A DNA stretch of 64,000 nt from Raja brachyura. Lineage: Eukaryota. The notes beneath the pieces are model-generated. The model had not been told where the DNA came from and searched no databases. It saw nothing but the letters and a program-made list of their open reading frames with translations. Below are positions 61,000 through 64,000 of this stretch, piece by piece. Location of the stretch: contig OY740785.1 in the NCBI GenBank assembly GCA_963514005.1, positions 20,398,001-20,462,000 on the forward strand. The letters run 5' to 3'. The position numbers were made by a program, and so were the translations under genes. Each line of letters begins with the position of its first letter. Within the stretch, counting starts at the first letter, position 1.

Positions 61000-62145
61000 A
61001 ACGTTCACTGGCCTTTACTTCACTATCATGAAGTGAATCAAGATGCTGGCTATGGCGCACATTAAATCCAGCCGACCAAGCAACCTTGATTCCCAATAGT
61101 TCACCCGCTGCCACAACAGGTCCACGGCTGATGCCATCTCCCTGGAACACCTGGATAAGAAGGACTCGTCCGTCAGACTCCAATTCATAGACTCCAGCTC
61201 TGCTTTCAAACCGTTACCCCCACCAAACGCATCTCCAAACACGTGGAGTCAGTACTCTCCTTGACAATTGGATCCCTGACTTCCCGTCCAACAGATCACA
61301 ATCAATGAGGATATGTGGCAAATCATCCACAACAGGTACCTCGCAAGTCCAACTCCATTTACAAGTTTGCAGACAACAAAGCATAGTGGGCAGGTTATCA
61401 AATAATGGCGAGACAGAGTATAGGAAGAAGATTGAGTACTTCGTAAGCTGGTGCCAGGGCAACAACCTCTCCCTCAATGTCAGTAAGACAAAGGAGATTG
61501 GACTTCATGAAGCAAAGCAAAACATTGATGGCACTGAAGTAGATTTGGTTGAAAGCTTCAAGTTCTTAGGAATAAATATCACTAGCAATTTGTTCTGAAC
61601 CAGCCACATTAAAGCTATGATCAGGAAAGCACACCAACACCCCTACTTCCTTAGAAGGCTTAGGAAGTTCGGCATGTCCCCAACAACTCTCACCAACTTC
61701 TACAGATGCACTGTAGAAATCATTTTATCGGGATGCTTCACTGCATGGTATGGGAATAGTTCCATCCAAGACAGCAACAAATTGCTGAGTTGTGGATGTA
61801 GCCCAACTCTCCCTTTTATTGACTCCATCTACATTTTGCACTGCTTCATCAAGGCTGCCAGCATCATCAAGGACCAGTCTCACCACCTCTTCCCCCTCTC
61901 CTATAATGTAAGAGGTACAGAAGTTTGAAAATGTACACCTCTAAATTCAGAGTCAGTTTCTTCCCAGCTGTTATCGGGCAACTGAACAGTCCTCTCACCA
62001 GTTAGAGTGCGGACATGACCTCCTATCTACCTCATTGGAGACCTTTGAACTTTATTTAATCGGACTTTATCTTGCACTAAATGTTGTACCTTTTTCCTGC
62101 ACACTGGATGACTTGATTGTAATCATGTATAGTCTTCTTTGACTG
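61000..62145 (+). mobile_element. Rex1/Babar-like LINE RT and 3' region, degraded
   Basis: NNLSLNVSKTKE, ESFKFLGINI, YFLRRLRKFGMSPTTLTNFYRCTVE. Confidence 0.8.
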
Positions 62146-62149
62146 GATA

Positions 62150-62390
62150 GAAACATAGAAAATAGGTGCAGGAGTAGGCCATTCGGCCCTTTGAGCCTGC
62201 ACCACCATTCAATACGATCATAGCTGATCATCCAACAGTATCCTGTACCTGCCTTCTCTCCATACTCACTGATCCCTTTAGCCACAAGGGCCGCATCTAA
62301 CTCCCTCTTAAATATAGCCAATGAACTGGCCTCAACTACCTTCTGTGGCAGAGAATTCCACAGATTCACCACTCTCTGTGTGAAAAATGA
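62150..62390 (-). mobile_element. CR1 3' tail fragment
   Basis: FFTQRVVNLWNSLPQKVVEA on the minus strand; (TTTCTATG) tail. Confidence 0.85.
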
Positions 62391-63104
62391 TTTTGCTCTG
62401 GATAGCACACAATAAAAAGCTGTTCACTGTACATACTCCAATGATAAGCTAAATTGCTCCTCCGTCTATTTTCTTGCGTTCATGATCAGTTTGGCAACAT
62501 TCATTCAGCCAAAGCATGATGGGGATGCACATATGGCTAAAAGTACAGACTGCACCCCTTTTCCCATGAAAGCTGAATAGCCTAACGGCACAACTTTAAA
62601 CTCAAACAATGGTATTAAAGCTGTGTATAACCATGGAATTATAATACTAACCTGGTGCAAAGGTGCAGAATTTAAAAAAAACAAAACGATGAAGAACCAA
62701 AAGAAACTTAAACTGAGACGGGAGAGAGGGAGAACAAACAAAGGGCAGGTCGAATCCTAGGGCAGGTTGGGAAATGGGTGAAGGTAGGAAGGAAAACAGG
62801 ATAAAAATGGAAATAAAACAAAGGCAGTCATGGAAAATAAAATATCAGCAAAGTTAATATATACATGGGAAATGTAGCATTAGCTGACAAGAGAATGTCA
62901 TTAAAACACAACTTGCTGTTAAGGCATCAGCAAGTACCTAATAGCAGACTAACATTAACAGTGGTGTCAAAGTTTGATTTCCATAAACTGCAAGCTCAAG
63001 TCCAAAAAAATAAATAAAATATGGAGCCAAGAGGCTACTCATGGCAGAGTATACAATGACAAAGCTGACTTCCAAACTTTTAAAGGAACAATGCTCTTAT
63101 GCAA

Positions 63105-63360
63105 GGTAGGCAAAAATGCTGGAGAAACTCAGCGGGTGAGGCAGCATCTATGGAGCAAAGGAAGAGGCGACGTCTCGGGTCGAGACCCTCCTTCAGACTG
63201 ATGTGTGGGGGGGGGGGGTGGGAAGAAAGGAAGAGGAGGAGAAATAGGCTGTGGGAGAACTGGGGAGGGGAAGGAGGGAGAAAGCAAGGTAAAGGGACAG
63301 GTGTTGCATCTCCTACGGTTGCAGGGGAAAGTACTGGGCCGAAACCCTTCGTCTGAAGAA
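63105..63360 (-). mobile_element. Rearranged Penelope-derived fragment
   Basis: Terminal module, purine tract and a PSTFPCNRRRCNTCPF peptide remnant on the minus strand. Confidence 0.65.
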
Positions 63361-63429
63361 AACATAAAACATATACCAATAAAAAACATTTTGTTTGTTG
63401 TAGTCATACATTGTTAATATTGTTTGTAT

Positions 63430-64000
63430 TATCAATTGTATAATAATTGTACTTCTATATATTTTTTAATTTTTATATAAATAGAAAATAATAGAGGGGG
63501 AGAAAATAAACCAAAAAATTAAAACAGAATGGAATAATCAGCTAATTATATATCATTGGAGATATGTCCGTGGATTATAAAATGTAATTCTTCATCTAAT
63601 CCTTGATTCGGGTTTCAGTTAGGTTCTCGTGCCGAACCGGTTTGCCCCTTCAAATATTAAATGAATGGAGACCATATTCTAGTAAATAATATTTGATTTT
63701 GTTCTAGTATTCCTAATATTAATTTTGAATCGGGGTCCAATTGGATATTGACAACTTCCGAAATTATCTTAAAAATTTCCGTCCAAAAATTATTAATTTT
63801 TATACAACTTACAAATGTGTGCATTAAGTTAGTCTGAGTGCTGACGTTTTTCACAAATGGGAGAAATGCTTGGGAAAATTCTATTTAATTTTGTTTTTGA
63901 ATAGTGCAATCTATGTAATACTTTAAATTGTATTAAAGAGTGTCTAGCATTTAACGAACAGTGATGTATAAGTTGTAAGCTTTCATCCCATATTTCTGGC
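63430..64000 (-). mobile_element. L1 ORF2 3' fragment related to the element at 1-6130, degraded
   Basis: IQFKVLHRLHYSKTKLNRIFP, FWTEIFKIISEV..LDPDSKLI, IWSPFI; parallels the C-terminus of the intact ORF2. Confidence 0.85.

Overview
Vertebrate nuclear DNA, very likely a cartilaginous fish (skate/ray). This is inferred from HE1-type V-SINEs, the CR1, Penelope, Rex1 and Tx1 repeat mix, and the exon sequences. There are two host genes. PARP1 is on the minus strand with two exons at 6366-6464 and 6936-7064; its upstream exons are not visible beyond a 200-N gap. PPP2R5D is on the plus strand with a CpG-island promoter and coding exons 1-3 at 31029-31055, 31181-31246 and 55181-55358. An apparently intact L1-clade LINE (ORF1 plus EN-RT-CCHC ORF2) lies antisense in a PARP1 intron. 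The rest is dense nested TE debris: a decayed BEL/Pao LTR element, a DIRS tyrosine-recombinase remnant, Tc1, hAT and Harbinger-like MITEs, CR1, Tx1, Rex1 and Penelope fragments, SINEs, and two polypurine satellites that abut assembly gaps. The most notable oddities are: (1) a tRNA-Asp(GTC) copy with encoded CCA and a T-run in the BEL 3' UTR; (2) two elements with Helitron-type 3' ends (hairpin plus CTAG) at both termini, one enclosing the DIRS remnant; (3) dispersed Penelope-derived modules with minimal hammerhead-ribozyme motifs; (4) two exact locally templated insertions (34 bp inverted, 97 bp direct). All family assignments come from motif recognition by eye; no database searches were run.
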